The position numbers and the translations under genes are program-made. The notes under the pieces were generated by a model. The model was not told the DNA's origin. It saw only the letters and a program-made list of their open reading frames with translations, and ran no database searches. Source: Pseudomonadota bacterium (GTDB lineage Bacteria; Bdellovibrionota_B; Oligoflexia; Silvanigrellales; Silvanigrellaceae). From it: 64,000 bases of DNA. Of the stretch, positions 41,081 through 51,647 are shown piece after piece. Positions within the stretch are counted from its first letter, which is position 1. Each line of letters opens with the position of its first letter. The stretch lies in the NCBI GenBank assembly GCA_039799905.1, contig JBDLRP010000013.1, forward strand, positions 63,431 to 127,430, given 5' to 3'.

Positions 41081-42262
41081 TTAAAACAAAGTGTCCATCC
41101 TGTCGCGCATTTCCTGTCTGCTCAGGGCCACTTGGCCTTGTTCGATGGAGTCGAAAAGGGCCTTGAAATTTCCATCGCCAAACCCAGGGTCGCCTGCGCG
41201 CTGGATGATTTCATAAAAGAACGGGCCTGCCTTCGCATCACCCAGCTGCTCACATTGTTCCTTCATGAACAACTGCAGCAGGTATTTGTTGTCGCGTCCG
41301 TCGACGAGGATGCCTTGCGCGCGGATTTGTTCCATCGGCTCCTTGATGGCGCCGATTTTGTTTTCCGACATACGCTGCGGCAGCTGGTCGTAATATTTGC
41401 CTGGAGCATCGAGAAAGCGGCATCCAGCGCCGCGCAGGTCACGCACAACTGGAATGATTTCGGGCACTGAGAGGGCCACGTGTTGGATGCCGTTGCCACC
41501 ATTGTCTTCGACGTAAATTTGGATTTGAGAATTGTTAAAGTAGGGCGCCAGTGGCTGGTTTGTGGCGAATTTGATGCCGCTGTGCGCGTCCCACATCACG
41601 ATGCTCTCAAGCCCTGAGCCGGTGCCACCCTTGAGTCCGTGACGCGAGGTGTGAAAATCGATTCCCCAGTAACGCTCAAATCCAAGACAATGACGGTAGA
41701 ATTCGGTCAAACCGATCATTGCGCGCATGTTGCAGGTCACGTGGTCGATGTCTTGAAAGCCGAATTTGTTGCCCCCGACAGAGTTCCAATCCGCAGTCTG
41801 CTGGAAGCCGGGTGCAAATTGTCCGTAGTTTTTCTTTTCTATGAAACGGAATCCGACATCCGACAGGGGAGTGGCAATGGCGGTTTCGCGCCACAGGCCG
41901 TTACCAAGTGTGTGGTCCTGAATTTCATGGAGGAACGGCGCTTTGCGTTCAGCAAGAAACTCTGCGGCCTGTTCAATTGATTTGACTTCAAAATTGAGAA
42001 AACCCACACCTTCTGGATGGTGCTTGAGGTATTTTCCTGCGGTCGACGCGGGCTCGATGGGTTGTGTGAAGATCCAGCCGATGTTTCCTGCGCCGCGCAA
42101 TACCATGCTGCGCATGCCATGACGCTTTTCCGAATCTGCTGTGGAACGCGCGACCTCGCGGAAGTCGAACTTTTCTTGGTGCCAGCGCACTGCCCGTTCG
42201 AGATCCTTCACGAAAAACTGAATCGAGTGATAACCAACAAGCCCAAGATTTTGCTGTGTCAT
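41081..42262 (-). CDS. hppD: 4-hydroxyphenylpyruvate dioxygenase
   Basis: IDHV, GIQHVAL, YLLQLF, FFYEIIQR.G..GFG.GNFKALF. Confidence 0.9.
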   Translation of the reverse strand: MTQQNLGLVGYHSIQFFVKDLERAVRWHQEKFDFREVARSTADSEKRHGMRSMVLRGAGNIGWIFTQPIEPASTAGKYLKHHPEGVGFLNFEVKSIEQAAEFLAERKAPFLHEIQDHTLGNGLWRETAIATPLSDVGFRFIEKKNYGQFAPGFQQTADWNSVGGNKFGFQDIDHVTCNMRAMIGLTEFYRHCLGFERYWGIDFHTSRHGLKGGTGSGLESIVMWDAHSGIKFATNQPLAPYFNNSQIQIYVEDNGGNGIQHVALSVPEIIPVVRDLRGAGCRFLDAPGKYYDQLPQRMSENKIGAIKEPMEQIRAQGILVDGRDNKYLLQLFMKEQCEQLGDAKAGPFFYEIIQRAGDPGFGDGNFKALFDSIEQGQVALSRQEMRDRMDTLF

Positions 42263-42318
42263 TTTGGTCTCCGCGACAGCGTCATTGGTGGAATAGTCTG
42301 TTCACATGCGAGCTTGTA

Positions 42319-43320
42319 TCACTCAGCGAGCTCGCCTGCAAAGTGACATGCCACGCGATGCGGCTGTGCCTCGCTGCCCAGATTCCGCAGCGCAGGTTCC
42401 TGAGTGCGACAGATGTCTTTGACGTACGGACAACGCGTGTTGAAGCGGCATCCGGACGGAGGATTGATCGGGCTTGGCACGTCGCCCTGAAGAACCTTGC
42501 GATTTTTCTTCACCCCGACCTTGGGCTCCGGAATACTTGAAATCAGCGCGCGTGTGTATGGGTGCAGAGGCTTTGCATAGAGCGAGTCCGAGTCGGTGTG
42601 CTCGACGATCTTGCCAAGATACATGACCGCAATTTCGTCGGAGATATGTTCGATGACCGCCAGGTCATGAGCAATAAAGATATAACTCAGCCCATATTTG
42701 TCGCGCAGATCCATCATCAGATTGAGGATCTGGCTTTGGATTGAAACATCCAGCGCACTCACAGGTTCGTCGGCGACAATCAGTTTCGGTTTGAGTGCGA
42801 GCGCCCGCGCAATTCCAATACGCTGCCTTTGTCCGCCCGAAAATTCGTGCGGATAGCGGTCGGCCGCTTCTGGATTGAGTCCGACTTCTTTGAGCAGATT
42901 GATGATCTGTGCGCGTCGTTCTTCGGGATTTGGATAGAGGCCATGAATCTCGTAGGGCTCGGAAAGAATCTCGCGGATTGACATACGCGGATTGAGGCTC
43001 GCAAACGGGTCCTGAAAAATAATCTGCAGATCCCTGCGCAAAGCACGCATTTCCGCCGGAGTTGCCTTGCTGAGGTCCTTGCCTTCGTAAAGAATTTCTC
43101 CGCTGGTGGGTTCCGTCAGTCGCAAAAGAGTGCGGCCAAGAGTCGACTTTCCGCATCCCGATTCACCAACGAGTCCGAGAGTCTGTCCACGTTTGACTGA
43201 AAAGGAAATCGTGTCCACGGCGTGCACACGTCCAACAGTGCCACCGAAAAATCCACCCTGCACGGGAAAGTATTTTTGCAGGTTCTTAACTTCCAACAGG
43301 GGAGTTGTAGCGCTGCTCAT
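42319..43320 (-). CDS. Oligopeptide/dipeptide ABC transporter ATPase (OppF/DppF)
   Basis: [39 protein letters not shown]. Confidence 0.93.
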   Translation of the reverse strand: MSSATTPLLEVKNLQKYFPVQGGFFGGTVGRVHAVDTISFSVKRGQTLGLVGESGCGKSTLGRTLLRLTEPTSGEILYEGKDLSKATPAEMRALRRDLQIIFQDPFASLNPRMSIREILSEPYEIHGLYPNPEERRAQIINLLKEVGLNPEAADRYPHEFSGGQRQRIGIARALALKPKLIVADEPVSALDVSIQSQILNLMMDLRDKYGLSYIFIAHDLAVIEHISDEIAVMYLGKIVEHTDSDSLYAKPLHPYTRALISSIPEPKVGVKKNRKVLQGDVPSPINPPSGCRFNTRCPYVKDICRTQEPALRNLGSEAQPHRVACHFAGELAE

Positions 43321-44336
43321 CGTTGTCCTTCCTGAGTGATCACACCGTTCTCATTTGAATGGAAACATGCCACTTCCGAACCGTCGGCAAGTTTTCTGAG
43401 TTCCGGAATGCTTTGCCGGCACTGCGAAGTAACGAACGGACAACGGTCCTGAAACCGGCAGCCCGCAGGAAAATTACCGAGGCTTGGGACGATTCCGGGA
43501 ATTGTTTTGAGTCGCTCACGCTTTTCGCCAAGGCGCGGAATCGATTCGAGCAGACCGAGTGTGTAAGGATGTTTTGGTTGGCGGAACAGCTGCTCGGCTG
43601 TTGAACGCTCAACGATTTGACCGCCATACATCACAACAACGTCATCGCATGTCTCGGCAACCACGCCCAGGTCGTGGGTGATGAGGATGGTCGACATGTC
43701 GCGCTCCTGCTGTAGTTCATTCATCAGCGCGAGAATTTGCGCCTGAATGGTCACATCGAGTGCGGTTGTCGGTTCGTCGGCAATGAGGAGTTTGGGTTCG
43801 CAGGCTAGCGCAATGGCGATCATCACACGTTGCCGCATACCTCCGGAGAGCTGGTGTGGATATTCGTCGATTCGCTGTTCAGGCGACGGGATGCGGACTT
43901 TTCGGAGCATTTCGATAGACAGCTCACGCGCCTCTTTTTTGGATTTTCCTCGGTGGATTCTGAACACCTCGGAAATCTGGTCACCGATCGTGAAAACCGG
44001 ATTCAGGCTTGTCATCGGTTCTTGAAAAATCATCGAGATCTTGTTGCCACGAAGTGTGCGCATTTCCTCTTCGCTGAGCTTGAGCAGATTGCGCCCCTCG
44101 AAAAGAATTTCTCCGCTGCGAATGGAACCGGGGGGCGAGGGGATGAGCCTCATCACCGAGAGGCTGGTTACCGACTTTCCGCAACCCGACTCGCCGACAA
44201 TGCCGAGCGTTTTTCCCCGCCGGACCGAGAAAGAACAGTTGTCCACGGCGTTGAATTCGCGTCCGCCGATTTTAAAACTGGTGACAAGGTTTTTGACTTC
44301 GAGCAGTGCTGTGGTGTCCGACTGTGCGGCGTTCAT
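43317..44336 (-). CDS. Oligopeptide/dipeptide ABC transporter ATPase (OppD/DppD)
   Basis: [37 protein letters not shown]. Confidence 0.93.
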   Translation of the reverse strand: MNAAQSDTTALLEVKNLVTSFKIGGREFNAVDNCSFSVRRGKTLGIVGESGCGKSVTSLSVMRLIPSPPGSIRSGEILFEGRNLLKLSEEEMRTLRGNKISMIFQEPMTSLNPVFTIGDQISEVFRIHRGKSKKEARELSIEMLRKVRIPSPEQRIDEYPHQLSGGMRQRVMIAIALACEPKLLIADEPTTALDVTIQAQILALMNELQQERDMSTILITHDLGVVAETCDDVVVMYGGQIVERSTAEQLFRQPKHPYTLGLLESIPRLGEKRERLKTIPGIVPSLGNFPAGCRFQDRCPFVTSQCRQSIPELRKLADGSEVACFHSNENGVITQEGQR

Positions 44337-44355
44337 GCAGACTGTGTCCCTTTCT

Positions 44356-45327
44356 TTAAGCCTTGACCAAGCCGATTTCACGCAATCTTTGGCGGAGGAA
44401 TTCGTCGGCAATGATGGGCGGATATTTTGCTGGATTTTGCGGTGACGTGCAGCTGGAAAGAATTTCCAGAGCGCAGCGCGAGTGCGGATGAACAAAGAAC
44501 GGCATTGAATAGCGTGTGACGTTTTTCGCACCGGGAGGATTTACGACTCTGTGCGTGGTCGAGGGAATCACGTCATTGCAGATGCGGCTGAGCATGTCGC
44601 CCGAATCGACCACCATTTGTCCCGGCCCCGATTCAACAGCAAGCCAGCGGCCGTCATGTGTCAACAGCTCAAGGCCCGATTCTGTGGCTTCGCAAAGTAT
44701 TGTGATGAAGTTGATATCCTCATGCGCCGCGGCCCTGACTGCGCCGCTCTTGAATTGGTCTTGCGCCAGCGGAGGATAATGCAGCGCACGGATGATACTG
44801 TTGCCGTCGACAATCATGTCGGAGAGCGTGTTGGTCGGCAGATCCAGATACTGCGAAGTGGCTTGCAAGAGAGTTGAGGCCATGGCTTCGAGCTGGGAAT
44901 AGAGGTTTGTGAAGGACTGCCGGAAACCACGAACGTGTTCATCGGGCCAGATGTTTTTTGGGTAGAGCGTTTCATTGGCCTTGTGGGTGAAAGTTTCACG
45001 GCCGACGTGCCAAAACTCCTTTATGTCGGGATGTCTGCTGTCTTTGGCGTGCTCTTGGCCCATTGCCGTGTAGCCGCGCTGCCCGCCGCCGCCGGCGACG
45101 ATATATTTTTTCTTCGCTTCGACTGGCAGGTCAAAAAACTCTTTGGTTTTTGCGTAGCAGTCTTTGATCAGCGCGGAATCTACGCCATGTCCTTCGATGA
45201 TGACGAAGCCGTATTCGTGCAGACCGGCGCCGAATTCTTTGACGAAATGCGCTTTGTCTTTGCTGTTGCCTTGGGTGAATGAGCGGATGTCGAGCGTTGA
45301 AACCTTCTGCGGTTTTGTGAATCGCAT
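44356..45327 (-). CDS. 2-oxoglutarate/Fe(II) dioxygenase, isopenicillin N synthase-like family
   Basis: LHYPP, AHEDIN (HxD), STTHRV, RYSMPFF. Confidence 0.9.
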   Translation of the reverse strand: MRFTKPQKVSTLDIRSFTQGNSKDKAHFVKEFGAGLHEYGFVIIEGHGVDSALIKDCYAKTKEFFDLPVEAKKKYIVAGGGGQRGYTAMGQEHAKDSRHPDIKEFWHVGRETFTHKANETLYPKNIWPDEHVRGFRQSFTNLYSQLEAMASTLLQATSQYLDLPTNTLSDMIVDGNSIIRALHYPPLAQDQFKSGAVRAAAHEDINFITILCEATESGLELLTHDGRWLAVESGPGQMVVDSGDMLSRICNDVIPSTTHRVVNPPGAKNVTRYSMPFFVHPHSRCALEILSSCTSPQNPAKYPPIIADEFLRQRLREIGLVKA

Positions 45328-45331
45328 GCTG

Positions 45332-46654
45332 TCAGCCTCCACAACGTATCAATTGGTCAAGGAATTTTTCCACCGAACTTCTGAATTTCCGGGCTCTCGG
45401 GCCGACCAATACCACGGTTTGCCGCGGATGTGTGAAAATTCTGCGCGCCGTCTGGCGGACCTGTTCTGGTGTGATGGACCTTACGAAATGCGCCTCTTCT
45501 TCAAGGCTCATGCGTGTGTCCAAAAACAACTGGGTCACTTCGCGGGAGATAAGCCGCGGATAGTTTTCGTGCAGGATGTCGAGGTCAAACAGATATCGGA
45601 ACTTGAGCCTCTCGAGCTCGTCCGGAGAGGGTGGCTCCTGACAAACTTTGATGATCTCGGCGAGCAATACGTCGAGGAGTTTTTGCAGCGAGTCTTGGGA
45701 AATCGTTGCATCGATGCTGAATGTGCCAAGGTCTGCATACGACTGTGCGTCAGCACTGATGTCATAGACGAGACCATATTTTTCGCGAACGGTTGCTGGA
45801 AGGCGTGATGCAATGCCGTCGTCAAGAAGGCGTTCAACGATGATGTCTTCGACAACCTGACGGTTGAGTCCTCCTGAAGCAGGCATCATCATTTTCAGGA
45901 CATACTGGTTGTCTGAGTTGTTTTGCAGAACAAGAGAACGTTTTTGTTTTGAATTGTGGAAGTAGTCTGCAGTCAGATGCCCGCGTTGCGGTGCGGGATG
46001 GCGCACATGCTGCCATGGTTTTCCGAACGAGTTTTCCGCCAGTCGCGCGACTTCATCGCTGGGCAGCGATGAGACCAGACTGAGGATGCAGCGATCGGGT
46101 TGATAATGCTGCGAATGCTTTGTCCGCAGATCCTCCAAACTAAGGCGGGTGATTGTGTCTTCTGTTCCGATAATGGGCAGTCCGAGTGAATGCTGTGGAA
46201 ACATGCTGCCCATGGCGAGAGTTTCGCAATCGATGTTGTCACCCGCCTCGTTGTAGTCACTGGCGAGCTCCTGCAAAATAATGCCCCGCTCGGTTTCCAA
46301 ATCCGCATAGTTGGGATGGAGAAAAAACTCGGAGAAGAGGTCAAATCCCTGCGCAATACGGCTATTTGAGCCCTTGAGCCAGTAAACCGTATTCTCGATC
46401 GAGGTCATTGCGTTGGCCTCACCGCCCAATGATTCCATTGCGCCGGCAAGCGACACAGAGTCGGGAAACCGTCTGGAGCCGCGGAACATCATGTGTTCGA
46501 GGAAATGCGAAACACCGTTATTTTCCGGGGTCTCGTCGCGTGAGCCGGTGTCGATGTGAACCGATAGCTCAAAGGCGGCCGTGTCGGGGTTTTTGCAATA
46601 AAGAAAGCGAAGTCCGTTGCTCAATTTGATGAGCTCGAGCTGATTTTTACTCAT
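45332..46654 (-). CDS. M16 family zinc peptidase
   Basis: GSRDE, SHFLEHMMFRGS (HxxEH), REKYGLVY. Confidence 0.92.
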   Translation of the reverse strand: MSKNQLELIKLSNGLRFLYCKNPDTAAFELSVHIDTGSRDETPENNGVSHFLEHMMFRGSRRFPDSVSLAGAMESLGGEANAMTSIENTVYWLKGSNSRIAQGFDLFSEFFLHPNYADLETERGIILQELASDYNEAGDNIDCETLAMGSMFPQHSLGLPIIGTEDTITRLSLEDLRTKHSQHYQPDRCILSLVSSLPSDEVARLAENSFGKPWQHVRHPAPQRGHLTADYFHNSKQKRSLVLQNNSDNQYVLKMMMPASGGLNRQVVEDIIVERLLDDGIASRLPATVREKYGLVYDISADAQSYADLGTFSIDATISQDSLQKLLDVLLAEIIKVCQEPPSPDELERLKFRYLFDLDILHENYPRLISREVTQLFLDTRMSLEEEAHFVRSITPEQVRQTARRIFTHPRQTVVLVGPRARKFRSSVEKFLDQLIRCGG

Positions 46655-46657
46655 GGA

Positions 46658-47671
46658 TCAGCGGTTCCTCATCAGAAGTGTTTCGGGCAGTGTCAAAAGC
46701 AACGAAAGTGTGTCGCGTTGCAAGGCTGTCAGAATAGGCAAATTTGATAATGCTTTGTTGAGTGCGTTTTTTGCTGTTGTCGCGTGTTCGTTGGCAACCG
46801 CGCGTGCCGATTCGACACCGCCCAATGACACCACCAGCGAGATGATCTCCGACAGATCTTCATCCGTGCATGAACCCTGCTGCAAGGTTGTCTGCACCAG
46901 CTCATTGAGGCGTTGAGGCTGAGTGGGCAGATTTCTTTCATTCTTCATGGCGAGCAGTACTGGCAGGGTGGCCTTGCCTGCAAGCAGGTCTGCGGCGACC
47001 GTTTTCCCAACTTCGGCTGAGCTTCCTGTGTAGTCGAGAATGTCATCGGCAATTTGAAACACGAATCCAAGATGACGGCCGTATGCGCCAAGATTCTCGC
47101 AGACCAGTTGCGGCAGTTTGGCAAGAAATGCGGGCGTGATGCAGCTTGCTTCAAACAATACTGCAGTTTTTCCATGCACAACACGCTCATATTGTTGCTG
47201 TGTTACGTCGGCTTTCCAGAGCAGTTCAAGCTGAAACAGTTCACTTTCGCTCATGAAGCGGATGCACTCCGCGAAGGTGTCGATGAGCTCGAGACTCTGT
47301 GTTTTGACCATCAGCCTGCAGGCTGCAGAGTAGATGAGGTCGCCGGCAAGCACGGCTGTTTCGTCTCCCCAGATGGAATTTGCCGTCGGTTTTCCGCGGC
47401 GCAGAGTTGAATTGTCGATCACGTCGTCATGAAGAAGACTCGCCGTGTGAATGTATTCACAGACGGCAGCAATCGGCATGCGGTGCGGTCCGGTGTAGTG
47501 AATGAGCTGTGAAATAAGAAGAAACAACCCAGGTCTGACGCGCTTTCCGCCGGCAGAAAAAATGTGTCTCAGGACCTCGTTTGTCGGTTCATTGGGCGTG
47601 AGCAGATATTCGACCAACAATGGTTCGAGAGTTTTAAGGTCCGGTCCGGTGGCATCGATGAAGAGTTGCAT
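46658..47671 (-). CDS. ispB: Polyprenyl diphosphate synthase (octaprenyl type)
   Basis: GGKRVRP, LLHDDVID...RRG, FQIADDILD, GKATLP. Confidence 0.88.
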   Translation of the reverse strand: MQLFIDATGPDLKTLEPLLVEYLLTPNEPTNEVLRHIFSAGGKRVRPGLFLLISQLIHYTGPHRMPIAAVCEYIHTASLLHDDVIDNSTLRRGKPTANSIWGDETAVLAGDLIYSAACRLMVKTQSLELIDTFAECIRFMSESELFQLELLWKADVTQQQYERVVHGKTAVLFEASCITPAFLAKLPQLVCENLGAYGRHLGFVFQIADDILDYTGSSAEVGKTVAADLLAGKATLPVLLAMKNERNLPTQPQRLNELVQTTLQQGSCTDEDLSEIISLVVSLGGVESARAVANEHATTAKNALNKALSNLPILTALQRDTLSLLLTLPETLLMRNR

Positions 47672-47683
47672 TACGGTGTCGCT

Positions 47684-48397
47684 TTACTTTCTTGTGTGGT
47701 GAAAGTCCGTCGGCTGGGTGCGGTCGCCCGCCGAAGCAGCCGCGGCACGCAACGCCATGACTGCATCTTTTGTGCTTCCACCGTTGAACACGGCCCCGCC
47801 CGCCACGAGGGTGGTTGCCCCAAGTTGAGCCAGCGTGCCGGCGTTGCCGAGGTTCACCCCGCCATCTACAACAATGTCTATCGCATAGTTCTGAGCGCGG
47901 CAAAAGTTGGCAAATTCTAGTATTTTTGGATGCATGGACGTCAGGTGTTGCTGTCGGGAGTATCCTGGGTTGACGGTCATGATGGTGACTTGATCGAGTT
48001 CGGGCAGCAGGAACTCGATATTTTGCCAATGAGTGGAAGGGTTGAGTGCGATTCCTGCGCGCCTGCCGGCCTGTCTGATGCGGTTGCATAAACGGTGTGC
48101 ATGACGCGCCACCTCAATGTGAAAACTCAGAGTATCGGCTCCTGCTTGCAGGTAATCGTCCAGTACATCATCGGGATTGGTCACCATGATGTGAACGTCA
48201 AGGTGCAGATTAGTGGCCGCGCGGACCTGTTCAAGGATCGGCACGCCGATTGTCAGCAACGGCACGAAATGACCATCCATCACGTCAAAGTGGATAGCAT
48301 CGACGCCGGCGGCTTCGAGGTTTTTGAGTTCATCGCCCAAATGCAGCAGCCGGGCTGCAGCAATGGAGGGTGCGATTTTGATTGGTTTGACGCTCAT
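47684..48397 (-). CDS. rpe: Ribulose-phosphate 3-epimerase
   Basis: IAPSI, HFDVMDGHFVP, DVHIM, MTVNPG, VDGGV. Confidence 0.95.
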   Translation of the reverse strand: MSVKPIKIAPSIAAARLLHLGDELKNLEAAGVDAIHFDVMDGHFVPLLTIGVPILEQVRAATNLHLDVHIMVTNPDDVLDDYLQAGADTLSFHIEVARHAHRLCNRIRQAGRRAGIALNPSTHWQNIEFLLPELDQVTIMTVNPGYSRQQHLTSMHPKILEFANFCRAQNYAIDIVVDGGVNLGNAGTLAQLGATTLVAGGAVFNGGSTKDAVMALRAAAASAGDRTQPTDFHHTRK

Positions 48398-48435
48398 GGG
48401 TGGATGACCTCCGATTTCAACTTCAATGCAGTCGC

Positions 48436-50856
48436 TCACTCGGGTTGCAGATAGGTGTGCATCAGTTTCTTGAGACCGACGACAGGGAAACGCACCTCGA
48501 GCCGGAAACCGTCAAGGCTTTTTTCGACACGTTCTACGATTCCGCTGCCAAAGAGTTTGTGCTTGACACGTTGTCCGGCAAACCATTCCTGCTGTTCCGA
48601 CTCACCAGCCAGATCATCGGCAGATTTCAAAAACGAGAAAACATCTTTGCGGATATTCCTCAGAGTTGATTTGTCGGCTTCAGAAAAGCTTGCTTGCTGT
48701 TGTGTTGTGCGGCTGGATTGAAATGTGGATTGCGAAAAATCACCGTGGTCCCAGTGCGCGCGCGGCGCTCGGCGTTCCATTTGCACGCCTTCCGAGGGCA
48801 GCTCGGCAAGAAAGCGGCTGATCTCTGCTGGAAGGTCGGGCCGAAAACGGTTGCGGCGGATGTTGGTCAGCGTCAGTGACTCGCGTGCCCGAGTCATCGC
48901 CACGTAAAGCAGTCTGCGTTCTTCCTCGATGGCCGGTTCGCTTTCGAGGCTGTTGTTGTGTGGCAGAACACCTTCTTCAAGCCCACAAATAAACACAACC
49001 GGAAATTCGAGTCCTTTGGAGGAATGGATTGTCATCAGGGTGATTGCATCGGATTGGCCTGACTGAACGCTCTTGACTGTTGGTTCGACGGTGAGAAGTG
49101 CTTGCTCGAGAAATTGACTCAGCAACCTGACACCCGGACTTGCGGCGGCTGACTCCGTGAAGATATCTTCAGGTTTTCCAAGCGCAACTGCAAGTTCGTC
49201 TGTCTGCTCATTTGCGGGTCTGTTTTCGATCTCAACCAGAGCATTCTGCAATTCGATGACGTTCAGCCAGCGCTCGTCAAAGTCCTCCGGGTGTGCGCTG
49301 CGAAGGAATTCCTCAAACTGTGTGTCGGCGAGTATATCGCGGAGCACGATCGATGGTTTGCCTGTCATATCGAGGGTTGAACGCGCTCTGTTGAAAAGTC
49401 TTTCAAAATTTTTCAGTGCCGAGAGTCCGCGTCCAACATCGGCCGTGAATTCATTGCGAGCTAATGCGCAGGCGACGCGAAGCAGCGTTGTGTTTTTTTC
49501 ACGCGCAACCTCTTTCAGCTTTTCGAGCGCCTTGTCACCGAAGCCGCGACGAGGGGTCGAAATTGCTCTGATAAATGCGTTGTTATCATCGGGATTCACA
49601 ACAAGCCGCAGATAGGCGAGCAGAGTTTTGATTTCTGCACGTTCGTAAAAACGCACAGAGCCGTAAATGATGTATGGCAGCATCCGTCGGCGCAGTTCGT
49701 CTTCGAGCACGCGGCTTTGCGCGTTTGTTCTGTAAAGAATTGCAAAGTCAGCAAAGCGCTTTCTCTTTTCGTATTTTCTGATGAGCTCGCCGACCACGTA
49801 ATGCGCCTCATCGAACGGGTCTGTGGCCCCGCGGCAGATGACGTCTTCTCCGGAGTCAGCTTGTGTCCACAGCGTTTTGGGCGCGCGACGGAGGTTGTGG
49901 GCTATCAGCTGGGTTGCAGCTCGGACAATGTTTGAAGAGCTGCGATAGTTTTGTTCGAGCTTGATGATCCTGGCATCGGGGTAAAATTTCTGAAAGTCGA
50001 GAATGAATGCCGGTTCTGCGCCGCGCCAAGAATAAATAGACTGGTCATCGTCGCCGACGATACACAGGTTGTTTGTGTGCGAGGAGAGCAGCTGGATCAG
50101 TTTGAATTGTATCGGATTGGTGTCTTGAAATTCATCCACGAAGAAGAATTGGAACCTGTTTTGCAGTTGTCCGAGAACGGACTTATTTGACTGCAGCAGA
50201 TTGACCATAACCATCAGTAGATCGTTGAAGTCCATCGCGTTTTGCGACTTCAGTCTGTACTGATACAAGGCGTAGCATTTTTGGATGAGCTCAGCATTGT
50301 CATCTTCCCCGTATCGGCGCATCTGCGCGCGCGCGGCAGCCTGAGAATCGTAGGCGTGTTCGCGGATTTGCTTTGCATAATCTTCCGGACTGAGCCCTGC
50401 GTTTTTGAGCCTGTCGATTTTGTTTTTGATCGTTGCGACGCTGAGAAGTTTGTCGGGAACGTTGAGTGATTGCGTGACTTCTTTGATGAGTGATTTTTGA
50501 TCGTCATCGTCGAGAATCGAGAATGATTCGCTGTATCCGGCCTCTCGGGCAAAGATGCGAAGGAAACGCGCGCACGCCGAGTGGAAGGTGGAGACAATCA
50601 TGCTGCGCGCGCGTCCGCCAACAATGTGCTCGACGCGTTCACGCATTTCTTTTGCCGCTTTGTTTGTGAAAGTCACGGCGAGAATCGAACTGGGCGGAAC
50701 GCCCGATTCAATCAGGGCTGCGATTCGATGGCAAATGACGCGTGTTTTTCCGCTGCCCGCTCCTGCATAGACGACCAAGGGTCCCGCCAGTGTTTCGACC
50801 GCTTGCTGTTGAGCCGGATTGAGCTGGGCGGAAGAACTCGTGCGGGCATCATTCAT
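48436..50856 (-). CDS. uvrD: UvrD/PcrA superfamily I DNA helicase
   Basis: AGAGSGKT, DEFQDTN, VGDDDQSIYSWRGA, TIHSSKGLEF, EERRLLYVAMTRA, C-terminal Tudor-like domain. Confidence 0.95.
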   Translation of the reverse strand: MNDARTSSSAQLNPAQQQAVETLAGPLVVYAGAGSGKTRVICHRIAALIESGVPPSSILAVTFTNKAAKEMRERVEHIVGGRARSMIVSTFHSACARFLRIFAREAGYSESFSILDDDDQKSLIKEVTQSLNVPDKLLSVATIKNKIDRLKNAGLSPEDYAKQIREHAYDSQAAARAQMRRYGEDDNAELIQKCYALYQYRLKSQNAMDFNDLLMVMVNLLQSNKSVLGQLQNRFQFFFVDEFQDTNPIQFKLIQLLSSHTNNLCIVGDDDQSIYSWRGAEPAFILDFQKFYPDARIIKLEQNYRSSSNIVRAATQLIAHNLRRAPKTLWTQADSGEDVICRGATDPFDEAHYVVGELIRKYEKRKRFADFAILYRTNAQSRVLEDELRRRMLPYIIYGSVRFYERAEIKTLLAYLRLVVNPDDNNAFIRAISTPRRGFGDKALEKLKEVAREKNTTLLRVACALARNEFTADVGRGLSALKNFERLFNRARSTLDMTGKPSIVLRDILADTQFEEFLRSAHPEDFDERWLNVIELQNALVEIENRPANEQTDELAVALGKPEDIFTESAAASPGVRLLSQFLEQALLTVEPTVKSVQSGQSDAITLMTIHSSKGLEFPVVFICGLEEGVLPHNNSLESEPAIEEERRLLYVAMTRARESLTLTNIRRNRFRPDLPAEISRFLAELPSEGVQMERRAPRAHWDHGDFSQSTFQSSRTTQQQASFSEADKSTLRNIRKDVFSFLKSADDLAGESEQQEWFAGQRVKHKLFGSGIVERVEKSLDGFRLEVRFPVVGLKKLMHTYLQPE

Positions 50857-50859
50857 GGT

Positions 50860-51582
50860 TCAACTTTTTCCTGTTTTCTTCTTTTTCTTTTTCCGCTTCT
50901 TGAGCTTTTTGTTGCTCTTTGCCTTCCTTTTCTTTTCATCATTTGGGGCAGCCGTCCAGCGCCCTGTCCAGTCTTTGCGCTTTTTTTTCTTCATTCGTTC
51001 GGCTGTCTGGGCGGCTGCCCGCGACTTTTTCAGCAGGGGTGCATAGTGTGGATTATGTTCAAGGTTGCTGCTGAGGTAAAGGTGAGGTTTTGTATCGGAG
51101 AAGCCTTTTTTGGAAAAAAAGCGAACCGCACGGTGGTTGTCAGGGTCGGTATCGGCCATGATGATGCGGATACCATCTTCTTCGACCATAATTTCGACGA
51201 GTTTGTCGACCAATTTTCCGGCGACCCCCTCGCGTGCCCACAGGTCGTGAGAGCACAGCCACAGCACATAACCATAACTCCACGCCGAGCCGGGTTTTGA
51301 AATCACCGTGCCCAGAACGAATCCGACAATCCGTTGTTCTTTGCTGCCCTCAACCCAATCGTCGTTCTCGGCGACGAGACAATAATCACCGTCTGTATTG
51401 AACAACGTCGTGACTTCGTATTCATCCCAGCTGCGATAAAGCATTGGCCACAGGTCGGCCTTGAAGTTCATCGCCCCGAGTTGATAGACCTCCGCGAGGT
51501 CCTCGATCTCCATGGTGCGGACGGTGAAGGAGCGCTTTGAGTTGCTGTTGTTTCCGTTCTGGTCGCGTTTGTCTTGAGCCAT
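50860..51582 (-). CDS. GNAT-family N-acetyltransferase with poly-Lys tail
   Basis: VRTMEIEDL, IVGF, REGVAGKLV motif A, NHRAVRFFSKKGF. Confidence 0.85.
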   Translation of the reverse strand: MAQDKRDQNGNNSNSKRSFTVRTMEIEDLAEVYQLGAMNFKADLWPMLYRSWDEYEVTTLFNTDGDYCLVAENDDWVEGSKEQRIVGFVLGTVISKPGSAWSYGYVLWLCSHDLWAREGVAGKLVDKLVEIMVEEDGIRIIMADTDPDNHRAVRFFSKKGFSDTKPHLYLSSNLEHNPHYAPLLKKSRAAAQTAERMKKKKRKDWTGRWTAAPNDEKKRKAKSNKKLKKRKKKKKKTGKS

Positions 51583-51647
51583 GGTCCGAGCAGTTCCCCC
51601 GCATCAGCTGCAACTGAAGAAATCGTCTGTCCACCCGCTGGGAGTGG

